NCBI GenBank assembly: GCA_051251855.1
Contig: JBPOGI010000001.1
Span: forward strand, 448,001 to 512,000
DNA length: 64,000 nt
From: Roseibacillus sp.
GTDB taxonomy: Bacteria; Verrucomicrobiota; Verrucomicrobiia; Verrucomicrobiales; Akkermansiaceae
Reading direction: 5' to 3'
Positions 1 to 9,857 of the stretch are shown here, in pieces; the stretch's first letter is position 1, and every line of letters begins with the position of its first letter. The notes beneath the pieces are model-generated. The model ran no database searches and was not told where the DNA came from. It saw only the letters and a list, made by a program, of their open reading frames with translations. The translations under genes were made by a program, and so were the position numbers.

Positions 1-1352
1 AGTGGGGTATTGGTTCCATTATAGCGCGCTTCGCGGTGGGGTATTGGCTGGTGCCACTTTACTATGAGAAGGAGATTTATTCGCCTTATGACTTTATGGG
101 GAACCGGCTGGGCGAGGGCGTTCGAAGGTTGGTGACGGTGCTTTTTTCTCTGGGAGCTGTTCTGGGGGCGAGTGTGCGGGTGGTGGTGACAGCAGTGATC
201 TTGAAGGCGGTGACGGGGATGGATGCGATGTTGTGTATCGTGGTGATTGGTGCTTTTGCTGTGCTTTGGACTTTCTTGGGGGGAATGCAGACCGTGATTT
301 GGACGGATGTCATTCAGTTCTGTCTCTTTATCTTTGGAGGGCTCTTGGCTCTGGGGTGGTTGGTGACTTCGCTGGGTTGGGATCAGATTGTGGGTCTCAA
401 CCAGACGACTTCACCGGAGGGGACGGCGATTAATAAGATGGAGATATTCAATCTCGCGTCGCCGTTTACGGAGGAGGGTCGAGCCTTAAAGTTTACGCTG
501 TGGGTTGGCTTGTTTGCGATGCCGTTCCAGAACTTTGCAGCGTTCGGAATCGACCAGTTGAATACGCAGCGGATGTTCTGTTGCGGTAGCGCAAAAGATG
601 CGCGGAAGGCGATGTGTTGGAGTTCGGTTTCCATCATCATTACGCTGATCATGTTGGCCGTGGGTTCTGGACTTTTTGCCTGGTATCAGGTGAACGTGCC
701 CAGTGCGAGTTTGGCTGCGGCTTTTGCTGAGGATGGGAATAATGTCTTTCCTGCTTGGATTGTGACGGTGCTGCCAGTTGGGCTTTCGGGACTAATTTTG
801 GCGGGAGCGTTTGCGGCGGCGATTTCGAGTTTGGACTCGGTGCTAGCGGCTCTTTCCCAGACGAGTTTGTCGATTTTCTATGGACGCGAGAAATTGGAGG
901 ATGAAAGCAAGGGCAAGGAGCGCGTGCTGCAGTCGCGAATTGCGGTGTGCATCTGGGGAGTGATTCTAACGATTGTCACGCTAGGACTTTGGAAGGCGTA
1001 TATGAGCGGGGAGGCGAAGGATTTGATAGGTCTCGCCTTTGGAATGGTGGCTTACACCTTTGGACCGTTGTTAGGGATTCTTTTGGCGGCGATTTTCTTG
1101 AAGGGGAAGAATTTGACTCCGGGTTTGATAGTGGGGTCGTGTTTGTCGGTGTTCTTCGTCGCTTGGTTCCGGCCAGAGATTTTGACGGTGCTGGAAAGCA
1201 TGAATATGGCGGATACGGCGAAGGCGGTTGTGGCGAGCCGTCCAGCCTTTGCTTCGGAGTGGTTCTTCCCAATCAATGCAGGGCTGACCTTCTTTTGTGG
1301 ATGGTTGGGGAAGCAGATTCTTGATGCGCTTGGCAAGAGTGAGTTCGAGTAA
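1..1352 (+). CDS. Sodium:solute symporter (SSS) family transporter, 5'-truncated
   Basis: Frame is open to the window edge. Many TM segments and SSS motifs (GGMQTVIWTDVIQF, DQLNTQR, LAGAFAAAISSLDS). Confidence 0.85.
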   Translation, partial: WGIGSIIARFAVGYWLVPLYYEKEIYSPYDFMGNRLGEGVRRLVTVLFSLGAVLGASVRVVVTAVILKAVTGMDAMLCIVVIGAFAVLWTFLGGMQTVIWTDVIQFCLFIFGGLLALGWLVTSLGWDQIVGLNQTTSPEGTAINKMEIFNLASPFTEEGRALKFTLWVGLFAMPFQNFAAFGIDQLNTQRMFCCGSAKDARKAMCWSSVSIIITLIMLAVGSGLFAWYQVNVPSASLAAAFAEDGNNVFPAWIVTVLPVGLSGLILAGAFAAAISSLDSVLAALSQTSLSIFYGREKLEDESKGKERVLQSRIAVCIWGVILTIVTLGLWKAYMSGEAKDLIGLAFGMVAYTFGPLLGILLAAIFLKGKNLTPGLIVGSCLSVFFVAWFRPEILTVLESMNMADTAKAVVASRPAFASEWFFPINAGLTFFCGWLGKQILDALGKSEFE

Positions 1353-1376
1353 GGTGATTCGATTGAAATAGAAGTC

Positions 1377-1661
1377 ATGAAGGAGGCGGAATATGCGACC
1401 GATAGGTATCTTGTTCTCAATATTGTTCTTTTGGTCCTCGTTATTGGTTTGGTAGTCGCCTACGAGGTTTCCCGTGAGGACTTTCGGATCTGGAGGTCGT
1501 TCAGGGGGCTTATCGTGCCCGCGATTTGTATCTTGATTCCCGAGATTCTAGAGGGGTTGAGCGGAAATTCTTTGAGTGCCAAATTTATCAGATTGGCTGG
1601 ATGGGGGCTGTTATTTTTCGTGCTACTGTATCCGCTTTGTCTGAGGGCACTCTTTTACTAG
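1377..1661 (+). CDS. Small hypothetical membrane protein
   Basis: 94-aa ORF with about 3 hydrophobic segments, directly downstream of the symporter. Confidence 0.55.
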   Translation: MKEAEYATDRYLVLNIVLLVLVIGLVVAYEVSREDFRIWRSFRGLIVPAICILIPEILEGLSGNSLSAKFIRLAGWGLLFFVLLYPLCLRALFY

Positions 1662-1743
1662 GGGGAAATCACAAAGTAGCCCAGCAAGACACTGCGCTTT
1701 TGGTGAGGCCATACTTGTAGGATTGTTGAAGTCGCAGGTTGCG

Positions 1744-2865
1744 CTAGCGCTCTTGAAAGCTACTTTGGTAGAGTTCCCAGGCGGAGCGTTGGACCCACTT
1801 CTCGGTCATCTGGCCATCGACGACCCTGGTGATGGTGATGCCGGTGAATTCGATGGGGCGGCGGTCGGGTTTGCTCTCGAACATGCCCCCGTTTTTACCC
1901 GAGCAGGTCCAGATGGTGATGACTCGTTCCCCATCTTCGGCGAGAAACATGTCGTCGATCTGAAAGCGCACGTCAGGGACCTTCGCTTGAAAATTTTCTA
2001 CCCACTTTTTGAAATTCTTTGGTCCTTTGATGGTGGTGCCAGCAGTGTGAATCTGGAAGTCCTTTGCAACTAAAGTATCGATAAGTTTGAGGTTGTGAGG
2101 AGGATTCCAGACTTCTTCCCAAAATTGCCGCATCACGATGAGAGGCGCCTTGGCGGCTTCGGGGTCGCCGAGTCGCTCGAGAGCGGAGGTGATTTGATCG
2201 GTAGTAGCACGATTGCGGTATTCGCTATCGAGGAAAGCCCAAGTGATGGTGCGGTCGGGAGCGATGACGTAGGTGGCGCTCAGGGGCATCATCTTTTCGT
2301 CGTAGTCGGCTCCATTGTGGTCCTTGAGGCCGGCATACTCGCGCATGGCCTGTTCTACGCCCGGAATCATTTGGAAGACGGTGCCGTATTTCTTGGCGAC
2401 CTCGTTGTTGAGGTCGGTGAGGACTTCGAAACCGAGGGAGAGCTCTTTTGAGTTGGCGAGGGCTTTGTCGGGGAGTTCAGGTGTGAGGGCAATGAGCTGG
2501 CCACCCGCGGCGGTGAAGTCTTCGAGGCGACTTTGATATTTGGCCAAGGTGAGATTGCAGTAGGGGCACCAGGAACCGCGATACCAAGTGAGGATCACGG
2601 GGCCGTCCTTGAGGAGGGCGCTGAGTGTGACCTCTATGCCGGTGGCGTTCTGTAGGGTGAAATCAGGAGCTTTGTCGCCAACGTTGAGGGCTTTGGTGAG
2701 CATTCCTGATTTGCGGACGGTATCGACGCCGAGTTGGTTTTCGGCGGCTTTCTCGGGGGTGACTCGTTTTTCGAAGGCGGTCTTGCGAGCGTCTAACTGG
2801 TCTTGGATATCTTCGCCTAAAAGAGCTGTTGAGAGGGCGAGGAGGGGGAGAAGGCTGGCCTTCAT
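1744..2865 (-). CDS. Exported AhpC/TSA (peroxiredoxin-like) protein fused to a C-terminal SnoaL-like/ester cyclase domain
   Basis: Signal peptide; GDKAPDFTL and YRGSWCPYC motifs. C-terminal FWEEVWN...PDVRFQIDDM...RPIEFTGITITRVVDGQMTEKW is typical of the SnoaL/NTF2 fold. Confidence 0.85.
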   Translation of the reverse strand: MKASLLPLLALSTALLGEDIQDQLDARKTAFEKRVTPEKAAENQLGVDTVRKSGMLTKALNVGDKAPDFTLQNATGIEVTLSALLKDGPVILTWYRGSWCPYCNLTLAKYQSRLEDFTAAGGQLIALTPELPDKALANSKELSLGFEVLTDLNNEVAKKYGTVFQMIPGVEQAMREYAGLKDHNGADYDEKMMPLSATYVIAPDRTITWAFLDSEYRNRATTDQITSALERLGDPEAAKAPLIVMRQFWEEVWNPPHNLKLIDTLVAKDFQIHTAGTTIKGPKNFKKWVENFQAKVPDVRFQIDDMFLAEDGERVITIWTCSGKNGGMFESKPDRRPIEFTGITITRVVDGQMTEKWVQRSAWELYQSSFQER

Positions 2866-2894
2866 CGAGCGAGAGTAGATTTGAGGTTAAGGTT

Positions 2895-2922
2895 AAAGAA
2901 GGCGGCCACTAAGGCCGCTCTT
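2895..2922 (-). terminator. Putative intrinsic terminator between the two peroxiredoxin-like genes
   Basis: GCGGCC-N5-GGCCGC hairpin followed by TTCTTT on the minus strand. Confidence 0.5.
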
Positions 2923-2936
2923 CCTAAGTGTGACTA

Positions 2937-3635
2937 CTATTTGGCGAGGGCTTCGAGGATTTGCTCGGGGGTGGCGCGGTTACGATATTCGGCGTCGAGG
3001 AAGGCATAGCTGATGCTGAGGTCGGGCTGAATAATGTAGGTAGCGCTGAGCGGAAGAGTGGTGTCGTCGTAGTCGTCGCCGTTGTATTTCTTGAGGTCCG
3101 CGAACTCACGCATGGCGTCTTCGACCCACTTGGTCATGGTGAAAACGAGGCCAAATTCTTTAGCGACTGCGCTGTTCAGATCGGTGAGGACTTCGAACTC
3201 CAAGGCGTGCTTTTCGGTGGTGGGGAGGGATTTGTCGGGGAGCTCGGGGGTGAGGGCGACGAACTGCGCGCCAGCTTCTTTGAACTTGGAAAGGTTGGCT
3301 TGGTAGCTTTGAAGAGCGATGTTGCAGTAGGGGCACCAGGAGCCGCGATACCAAGTGAGGATCACGGGGCCGTCCTTGAGGAGGGTGCTAAGGGTAACTT
3401 CCTTGCCGGTGGCGTTTTTGAGGGTGAAGTCAGGAGCCTTGTCGCCAACCTTGAGGGCTTTTTCGAGCATGCCGGATTTGATGACGGCTTCGATGCCCTT
3501 GTTGTATTCTTCGATTTTTTCGGCGGGGGCTTTTTCTTCGAAGGCGGCCTTGAATGCGTCGAGTTCGGTTTGGAGGTTTTCAGCTACGGTGTTCATAGTA
3601 GTCAATGCGAGGGTGAGAATGAGGGAGTATTTCAT
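2937..3635 (-). CDS. Exported AhpC/TSA peroxiredoxin-like protein
   Basis: Start placed at MKYSLILTLAL (signal peptide). GDKAPDFTL and YRGSWCPYC motifs; paralogue of 1744-2865. Confidence 0.88.
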   Translation of the reverse strand: MKYSLILTLALTTMNTVAENLQTELDAFKAAFEEKAPAEKIEEYNKGIEAVIKSGMLEKALKVGDKAPDFTLKNATGKEVTLSTLLKDGPVILTWYRGSWCPYCNIALQSYQANLSKFKEAGAQFVALTPELPDKSLPTTEKHALEFEVLTDLNSAVAKEFGLVFTMTKWVEDAMREFADLKKYNGDDYDDTTLPLSATYIIQPDLSISYAFLDAEYRNRATPEQILEALAK

Positions 3636-3699
3636 GTTGGAACCTTTCAATTGGTAGGTTGTCTTTGTTGGAGAGGTGGGGAGTGATTCTATTCCCAAT

Positions 3700-5094
3700 T
3701 TATTTTGCGGATTTCCATTCGCCACCGAGGGCTTGGATGAGGTTGACGGCAGCGAGTTGGCGAGCGAGTTCGGTTTGGGTGAGGAGGCGTTCCTGCTCGA
3801 GGGTTTGGCGCTCGGTTTCGGTCACTTCGAAAAGGGAGTCGAGACCGCCTTCGTAACGGGCGCGCACTAGGCGTGCAGTACGCTGGGAAGCTTGGGAGGC
3901 TTTGGTTTGCGCGGCGAGGGCTTGGTCGAGGCTGCGGGTTCCGAGGAGGGCGTTTTCGGTGTCGCGAATGGCGACGAGGAGGGCTTGGCGGTAGTTGGCG
4001 AGTGCTTCGCGGAATTGGGCTTCGGCGCGCGCTTTGTCGGACTTGATACGGCCTCCTTGAATGATGGGAGTGAAGAGGCTGGGTCCGAGGGAGTAGAAGG
4101 CCGACTTGGGGTTGAAGATGTCGGCGGCTTCGAGGGACCGAGCGCCGCCGATTCCGGTGAGGGAAAGTCGTGGGAGATAAGTGGAGATGGCGATGCCGAC
4201 GCCTTCGTTGCTGGCGGCGAGACGACGCTCGGCTGCCACGATGTCAGGACGGCGGCGGAGAAGGTCGGAGGGCACGCCGCTGGGGATGCGAGGGATGTGA
4301 GCATTGGTGACTCGGGAGGCGACGTTGAAAGTGGAGGCTGCTTCGCCAGTGAGTGCGGCGAGGGCGTTTTCGAGTTCGCCGCGACGTTGGGCAAGGCGGG
4401 CGATATCGGCGCGGGTGGACTGGTATTCGGTCTCGGCACGGGCAACGTCGAGGCCACTGGCGGTGCCCGCGGTCTTGCGTGAGTTGGTCAGGTCGAGGCG
4501 TTGTTTGCGCAGGGCGCTGGTTTGATCGAGGAGGGCGATTTCGCGATCGAGTGAGCGGAGGGTGAGGTAGTTGCGGGCGACTTCGCCTTGCAGGGAAAGG
4601 AGGGCGGAGCCGTAGTCGGACTCGGCGGCGGAGAGGTTGGCGTCGGCTTGGGCGACACCGCGACGGATGCGACCCCAGAGGTCGACCTCGTAGGCGAGGG
4701 TCAATTGGGCGTCGTATTGACGAAAGGCTCCTCCGGAGTCAGGGAGGCGGGTGCTGCGGCTATCGAGACGTTGGTTGCCTGCGAGGTCGGCGACGAGGGA
4801 GGGAGATTGGTCAGCGCGGGAAAGGCCTAACATGGCGCGGGATTGGTCGATTCGAGCGAGGGCTGCGGCGAGGTCTTGATTGTTGTTTTTAGCTTTTTTG
4901 AGAAGGCGGTTGAGTTCGGAGTCGCGGAAGGCGGTATAAGGGTCGCCGGTGGCGGGTGGGGCTGGCCAGTTGGCGTTTTTGAAGGCGTTGGGGAGGTTGT
5001 CGGAGGGCTTTGTGTAGTTGGGGCCAATGTTGGTGCAGGACGAGACGAGGAGGCAGAGGCTGGAAAGAAGTGCTGGGAAAAGGGTGCGTTGCAT
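3700..5094 (-). CDS. RND efflux outer-membrane factor lipoprotein (NodT/OprM family)
   Basis: Lipobox-like VSSC; YEVDLWGR and PSDLLRRRPDIVAAERRL motifs; C-terminal LIQALGGEW. Confidence 0.92.
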   Translation of the reverse strand: MQRTLFPALLSSLCLLVSSCTNIGPNYTKPSDNLPNAFKNANWPAPPATGDPYTAFRDSELNRLLKKAKNNNQDLAAALARIDQSRAMLGLSRADQSPSLVADLAGNQRLDSRSTRLPDSGGAFRQYDAQLTLAYEVDLWGRIRRGVAQADANLSAAESDYGSALLSLQGEVARNYLTLRSLDREIALLDQTSALRKQRLDLTNSRKTAGTASGLDVARAETEYQSTRADIARLAQRRGELENALAALTGEAASTFNVASRVTNAHIPRIPSGVPSDLLRRRPDIVAAERRLAASNEGVGIAISTYLPRLSLTGIGGARSLEAADIFNPKSAFYSLGPSLFTPIIQGGRIKSDKARAEAQFREALANYRQALLVAIRDTENALLGTRSLDQALAAQTKASQASQRTARLVRARYEGGLDSLFEVTETERQTLEQERLLTQTELARQLAAVNLIQALGGEWKSAK

Positions 5095-5140
5095 TGCTTG
5101 GAAAGGTGGGTTGTTAGACAGGATTGACGGGGTTGGTGGG

Positions 5141-5163
5141 GCCGGTCGAAGACCAGCGCTCCC
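5141..5163. repeat. REP-like hairpin with GCTCCC tail
   Basis: GCCGGTC-GAA-GACCAGC-GCTCCC. Related copies at 16430, 16525 and 45376. Confidence 0.55.
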
Positions 5164-5168
5164 AGTGT

Positions 5169-8100
5169 TTAGGCGTTGCGGGGTGCTGGTACGAGGTTGA
5201 GGATGATGGAGAGGACGGCGGGCACTAGGAACATGGTGAAAATGGTGGAGACAGCGAGGCCGCCGACAACGACAGCTCCTAAGCCACGGTAGAGTTCGGA
5301 GCCGCTGCCGGGAAGAAGGACGAGCGGCAGCATTCCGCCGACGGAAGTGAGCGTGGACATGAGAATGGGACGCACGCGCGAGCGGACGGATTCCCGGATG
5401 GCGTCGTTGGGTGTCATCTCGTCATCCTCGCGAAGGAAGTTGAGGGCCTGGTGCACGATGAGGATGGCATTATTGACCACAACTCCAGCCAGAATGATGA
5501 AGCCCAGCATGGTGAGGACGTCGAGTTGTTGCACCGGCATATAGGGGTCGGCGAGAGACCACTTGTGCACGAGAAAGAGACCGAGGAATCCGCCGAAAGT
5601 GGCGAGAGGAACCGAGAGGAGAATGACGAGCGGGTAGGACCAGCTTTGGAAGAGGATGACGAGAAGGAGGTAGATGACGAGGAGGGCCAGCACCACGGAG
5701 GAGGTGAGGGTGGCGAAGAAAGTGCCGTCGCCGATGAGGGCTTTGGTGATTTCGGCCAGGGCTCCGGCGGAACCTGCGATTTCGACTTGGGTGCCGGGGG
5801 CGACGCCGCCTTGGTCGCGCAGGGTTTGGATGAGTCCTTCAACTTGGGTGATGGCGTCTTCGAGGGCGACTCCGGGAGGAGGGGTGACTTCGAGGGTGAC
5901 GGCGCGAAGGCGGTCGACATGACGGATTTGTTCGGGGCCCTGCACGCGTTCGAGGGTCGCGAGGCTGCGGAGGTCGAGGACGGCTCCGGTGGGAGTGGCG
6001 ACGGGGGTGTCGAGGAGGCTTTCGAAAGGTCTCTCGGAAAGGGCGTCTTGGTTGATGATTTTGATGTCCTTGAGTTCTCCGCTTTGTTCGTAGTCGCGGA
6101 AGAGAAGGATGCCTTCGCCAGCGGCTTGCACCGCGAGTCCGAGGTCGCTGCGGGTCATGCCGACTTCGCGTAGGCGCTCGTCATCGGGGACGATGCGGAC
6201 TTCTTCCAGGGGGAAAGCGAAGTTCGGGGGCGAGGGTTGTGTTTTTCCCGGGCCAAAGGCACCCATGAGCATGCCGAAGAGTTGGCCTGAGGTCTGGCCC
6301 ACGGAATCGAGGTCGTTGCCGCGAATGTCAATTTTGATGGCGGATCCGGTGGTTCCGGCGACCCGGAAGAGGGGGAGCTGGAAGGCGAAGGAAAAGGTGT
6401 CGGGGATATTCGCGGTGGCGTGGTTGAGGAGCGGGAGGGCGTCGACGACTCGTTTTTTATCTTTCGAAATGCCCACTTGGAACATGCGGCCCTCGAAGGA
6501 AACGAGGAAGTAATGGTCGAGCTCGGGAGGAAGAACGGAAGGCGGTGCGCCGGGACCTGCGGGAACCTTGGTACGGTTATCGACTCCGGCAGAGAACTCG
6601 CCGCGTTCTTTGGTTTCGATTTGGAATTTGTCTTCGGTGGTGAGCCAGACGGGTTCGATGACTTCTTCGATACGTTCGCCGACGTCGGAGAGTTGGTCGA
6701 GGTTGTAGGTGGGGGGCGGGAAGAGAAGGGAGAAAACGACGTTACGGTTTCCGGCGGGAAGGTAGTCGCGCGGAGGAAGAAGAATGGCGGTGCCGAAGAT
6801 GGTGAGGGCGGTGAAGGCGAGAATGACGAAGAGGCGGATGGGCCAAGTTCGGTTGATGGTAGCCACGATTTTGGCGACAAGATCTGGAAGGGCATTGAAG
6901 AGCCAGAAAAAGGGGCGGAAAGGTAGGCCGAGGATTTTGAAGAAGGGGTTGGAGAAGGTTTTGTCGAAGCTGCTTTTCTTTTCACTGTCTTCTTTGCTGC
7001 TGAGGAGTCGGGCCGCAGCGGCGGGGATGACGGTGAGAGAGACGACCATGGAAAGACCGACGGCGGCCATGATGGCGAGGGCGATGTCGCGGAAGAGTTG
7101 TCCTGCGGTCTCTTGGATCATGAGGATGGGGGCGAAGACAATGAGGGTGGTCATGGTGGAGGCGAGGACCGCTCCGGCGACTTCCTTGGTGCCGTCAGCG
7201 GCGGCTTGGAGAGGGTTTTTCCCCATCTCGAGGTGGCGGTAGATGTTCTCGATGACCACGATGGCGTTGTCGACCACCATGCCGATGGCGAAGGCGAGTC
7301 CGGCGAGAGAAATGATATTGATAGAGCGTCCGAGGGCCACGAGCACGACGAGGGAGGTGACCACAGAGACGGGAATAGCGATGGCGATGATGCCGACGGT
7401 GCGGATGGAGCGCAGGAAAAAGAGGAGGGTCATGGTGGCAAGAAGACCGCCGACGAGAAGGTTGGAGCGGACGAGGTCGATGGCGTCTTCGACATAGGTG
7501 GTGGAGTCGTAGGTTTGGACCAGTTCGAGGGTGCCGTCGAGTCCGAGGTTGGCGGCGTGAGCGGGGAGGAGTTCTTCGTTGAGGGCGGCGACTTCGGCTT
7601 GGAGCGCGTCCATGGTTTCTAACAGGTTGGCTCCGCGTTGAAGCTGGAAGTTGAAGAAGGGCATGCGGTGGCCCCGGGCGCGGACCCAAGAGTTGGGTTC
7701 TTTGTAGGCCATTTCAATGGTGGCGATGTCGCCGAGGTAAACGGTGCCGGAGGCGTCGCGGCGGAGGACGGTCTCGCGAATGGAGGCGAGATCGTCAAAG
7801 CGGCCGGTGGCGCGGAGGCGGAGATCGCGTTTGCCATCGACGATGCGGCCTCCCGAGAAGTTGGCATTGGCGCTTTGAATAGCGGAGCGGAGAATGGCGT
7901 AGGTGATGTTGCGTTGAGCGAGGGCTTCGGGGTCGACTTTGATGTGCAGCTCGGATTGCACCGCTCCTCGGATGCCGACTTGGGAAATGCCGTCAATGCG
8001 CTCAAAACGAGGCTTAATACGGCGCTCCATGAGGTCGAAGAGGGTTTGAGCAGGGAAGGCGGGATCGGAAGAAGACAGGCCGATCCAGGCGATGTAGTCA

Positions 8101-8507
8101 ACGGACTCGATATCGACGGGCTCGACGACGGGCTGGAGGACTCCGGCGGGGTAACCCGGGACTTCGTCGAGCTTTTGCAGGACTTCGGCATTGGCCACCG
8201 CGATGTCGGTACCGGTTTCGAACTCGAGGCGAATGGATCCTTGGCCCGCGGCGGAGGTCGAGGTCATGGAGACGAGGCCGGTGGTCTCGCCAAGAACCTT
8301 TTCCTGTTCCTCGATGATGTCTGATTCGATCTCCTCGGCGGAAGCGGATTCCCAGTTGGTGACCACTGACACGACCACGGAAGAGACTTCGGGAGTCATC
8401 CGGATGGGGACGAGGGCGATGGCGAGAATGCCGGCGAAGGTGGCGAGGAGAACACCCACCGCCACGGTGATGGGTTGCTTGATAGCAGCGTCGATGAGAC
8501 CTTTCAT
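5169..8507 (-). CDS. RND efflux transporter permease subunit (AcrB/AcrD/AcrF family)
   Basis: 1112 aa; GMVVDNAIVVIENI, GVVVNNAILIV and RVRPILMSTLT motifs. Confidence 0.95.
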   Translation of the reverse strand: MKGLIDAAIKQPITVAVGVLLATFAGILAIALVPIRMTPEVSSVVVSVVTNWESASAEEIESDIIEEQEKVLGETTGLVSMTSTSAAGQGSIRLEFETGTDIAVANAEVLQKLDEVPGYPAGVLQPVVEPVDIESVDYIAWIGLSSSDPAFPAQTLFDLMERRIKPRFERIDGISQVGIRGAVQSELHIKVDPEALAQRNITYAILRSAIQSANANFSGGRIVDGKRDLRLRATGRFDDLASIRETVLRRDASGTVYLGDIATIEMAYKEPNSWVRARGHRMPFFNFQLQRGANLLETMDALQAEVAALNEELLPAHAANLGLDGTLELVQTYDSTTYVEDAIDLVRSNLLVGGLLATMTLLFFLRSIRTVGIIAIAIPVSVVTSLVVLVALGRSINIISLAGLAFAIGMVVDNAIVVIENIYRHLEMGKNPLQAAADGTKEVAGAVLASTMTTLIVFAPILMIQETAGQLFRDIALAIMAAVGLSMVVSLTVIPAAAARLLSSKEDSEKKSSFDKTFSNPFFKILGLPFRPFFWLFNALPDLVAKIVATINRTWPIRLFVILAFTALTIFGTAILLPPRDYLPAGNRNVVFSLLFPPPTYNLDQLSDVGERIEEVIEPVWLTTEDKFQIETKERGEFSAGVDNRTKVPAGPGAPPSVLPPELDHYFLVSFEGRMFQVGISKDKKRVVDALPLLNHATANIPDTFSFAFQLPLFRVAGTTGSAIKIDIRGNDLDSVGQTSGQLFGMLMGAFGPGKTQPSPPNFAFPLEEVRIVPDDERLREVGMTRSDLGLAVQAAGEGILLFRDYEQSGELKDIKIINQDALSERPFESLLDTPVATPTGAVLDLRSLATLERVQGPEQIRHVDRLRAVTLEVTPPPGVALEDAITQVEGLIQTLRDQGGVAPGTQVEIAGSAGALAEITKALIGDGTFFATLTSSVVLALLVIYLLLVILFQSWSYPLVILLSVPLATFGGFLGLFLVHKWSLADPYMPVQQLDVLTMLGFIILAGVVVNNAILIVHQALNFLREDDEMTPNDAIRESVRSRVRPILMSTLTSVGGMLPLVLLPGSGSELYRGLGAVVVGGLAVSTIFTMFLVPAVLSIILNLVPAPRNA

Positions 8508-8528
8508 AGCGTTGTTGTTAGATGGAGA

Positions 8529-9800
8529 CTACTTGCTGCTAGCGAGAGGTTCAGGAGCCTGAAGAGCAGTCTGCTCGGCGGTAGGCTGAGGGGGCTCAAA
8601 GAGTAGAGGAGTCATGGGAAAAAGGCGTTCGTTTCCTTCAATAACAACGACGTCGCTCTCGTTGAGAGCATCGGACTCGAGGAAGACGATACCTTCTTGT
8701 TGAAAGAGAATTTTGACGGGTAAACGCTCGGCAATGGCTGGTCCACCTTCGCTTTTCTTGGCGCGAAACACAGCGGGCCCGGCAAAGGTGGTGACGACGG
8801 CATCAGCGGGGACGGAAAGGCGTGGAGTATCGTCGGAGACTGCGACTTCGGCGGTAACAGAGAGGCCGGGGACGAGCAGACCATCGGGATCCGCAATGTC
8901 GGCAATGAGGGTGACAACACGGCTGGCGGCATCGGCCTCGGGGACGGCGCGTAGGTTGGTGGCGGGATGGATTTTGCCACCGATTTCGACGGTGATGTTC
9001 GCAGTGCCGAGACTAGCAGCGTAGCGCTCGGGGATTTGCAGCCAGGCCTCGAGTTGGCCATCGGAGACCAGAGTAAGAACCGGGTCGCCGGGGCGAAGCC
9101 ATTCACCGGGTTCGGCGTGGCGAGTGACAACACGAGCATTAAAGGGAGCACGAATGACGAGGTCGTCTTTGCGCACTTGAAGGAGTTTGAGGGCTGCGGC
9201 GGCCGCGGAGACGGAATCGCGGGAAGCTTTGACCTGTGAAATAGTGACCTTGGAAGCGCGCTCGGCGTCGAGGAATTCGGACTCGGAAATGGCTTCTTCG
9301 TTAAAGAGCTTTCGCTTCATGGCGAGGTCGGTGTCAGTACGGTTTTTCTCGGCTTCGCGCTGGGTGATGACGGAGCGGGCAGCGGTGAGAGTCGCTTGGG
9401 CTTGTGCCATTTGAGCTTCCAGACGGCGGGCATCGAGACGAACAAGAATTTGGTGTTGCTCGACTTTGCTCCCTTCATCAGCGAGCACTTCGAGGACAGC
9501 TCCCTCCTCGCGTGCTGCGACATCGGCGCGTTGAGCGGCTCGGAGAGAACCCACCACGCGGTGAACGTTTTGGGCTGTAACTTTCAGGACCGGAGCAACC
9601 ACCACTTGGCTCGGAGGAGGGCCTCCGCCTTGTTGGGGAGCGGCAGCGGGCTCTTCTTGATTCGTTTTTTGGAGAGTTTTCATACCGAACCAGATTCCGA
9701 CACCAAGGATGGTAGCGGGGATGAGGATTCGGGCGGCAGAAGCGAGGGCGTTGCCAGAGCGTTTGGGAGATTCATTCTCCGTGTTTTCGGATTGGGACAT
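8529..9800 (-). CDS. RND efflux periplasmic adaptor (MFP) subunit
   Basis: N-terminal TM anchor, lipoyl-like half motifs (V.EG..V; IRAPFNARV) and coiled-coil hairpin. Start placed at MSQSENT. Confidence 0.9.
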   Translation of the reverse strand: MSQSENTENESPKRSGNALASAARILIPATILGVGIWFGMKTLQKTNQEEPAAAPQQGGGPPPSQVVVAPVLKVTAQNVHRVVGSLRAAQRADVAAREEGAVLEVLADEGSKVEQHQILVRLDARRLEAQMAQAQATLTAARSVITQREAEKNRTDTDLAMKRKLFNEEAISESEFLDAERASKVTISQVKASRDSVSAAAAALKLLQVRKDDLVIRAPFNARVVTRHAEPGEWLRPGDPVLTLVSDGQLEAWLQIPERYAASLGTANITVEIGGKIHPATNLRAVPEADAASRVVTLIADIADPDGLLVPGLSVTAEVAVSDDTPRLSVPADAVVTTFAGPAVFRAKKSEGGPAIAERLPVKILFQQEGIVFLESDALNESDVVVIEGNERLFPMTPLLFEPPQPTAEQTALQAPEPLASSK

Positions 9801-9824
9801 GGTGCGTTGTGTCGGTAAAGTAGA

Positions 9825-9838
9825 TGACCGTCTGGTCA
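9825..9838. promoter_or_regulatory. Putative TetR operator upstream of the MFP gene
   Basis: TGACC-GTCT-GGTCA palindrome, with the same 5-4-5 layout as the 10499-10512 site. Confidence 0.65.
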
Positions 9839-9857
9839 AATTTAATTTTGGAAGCAA

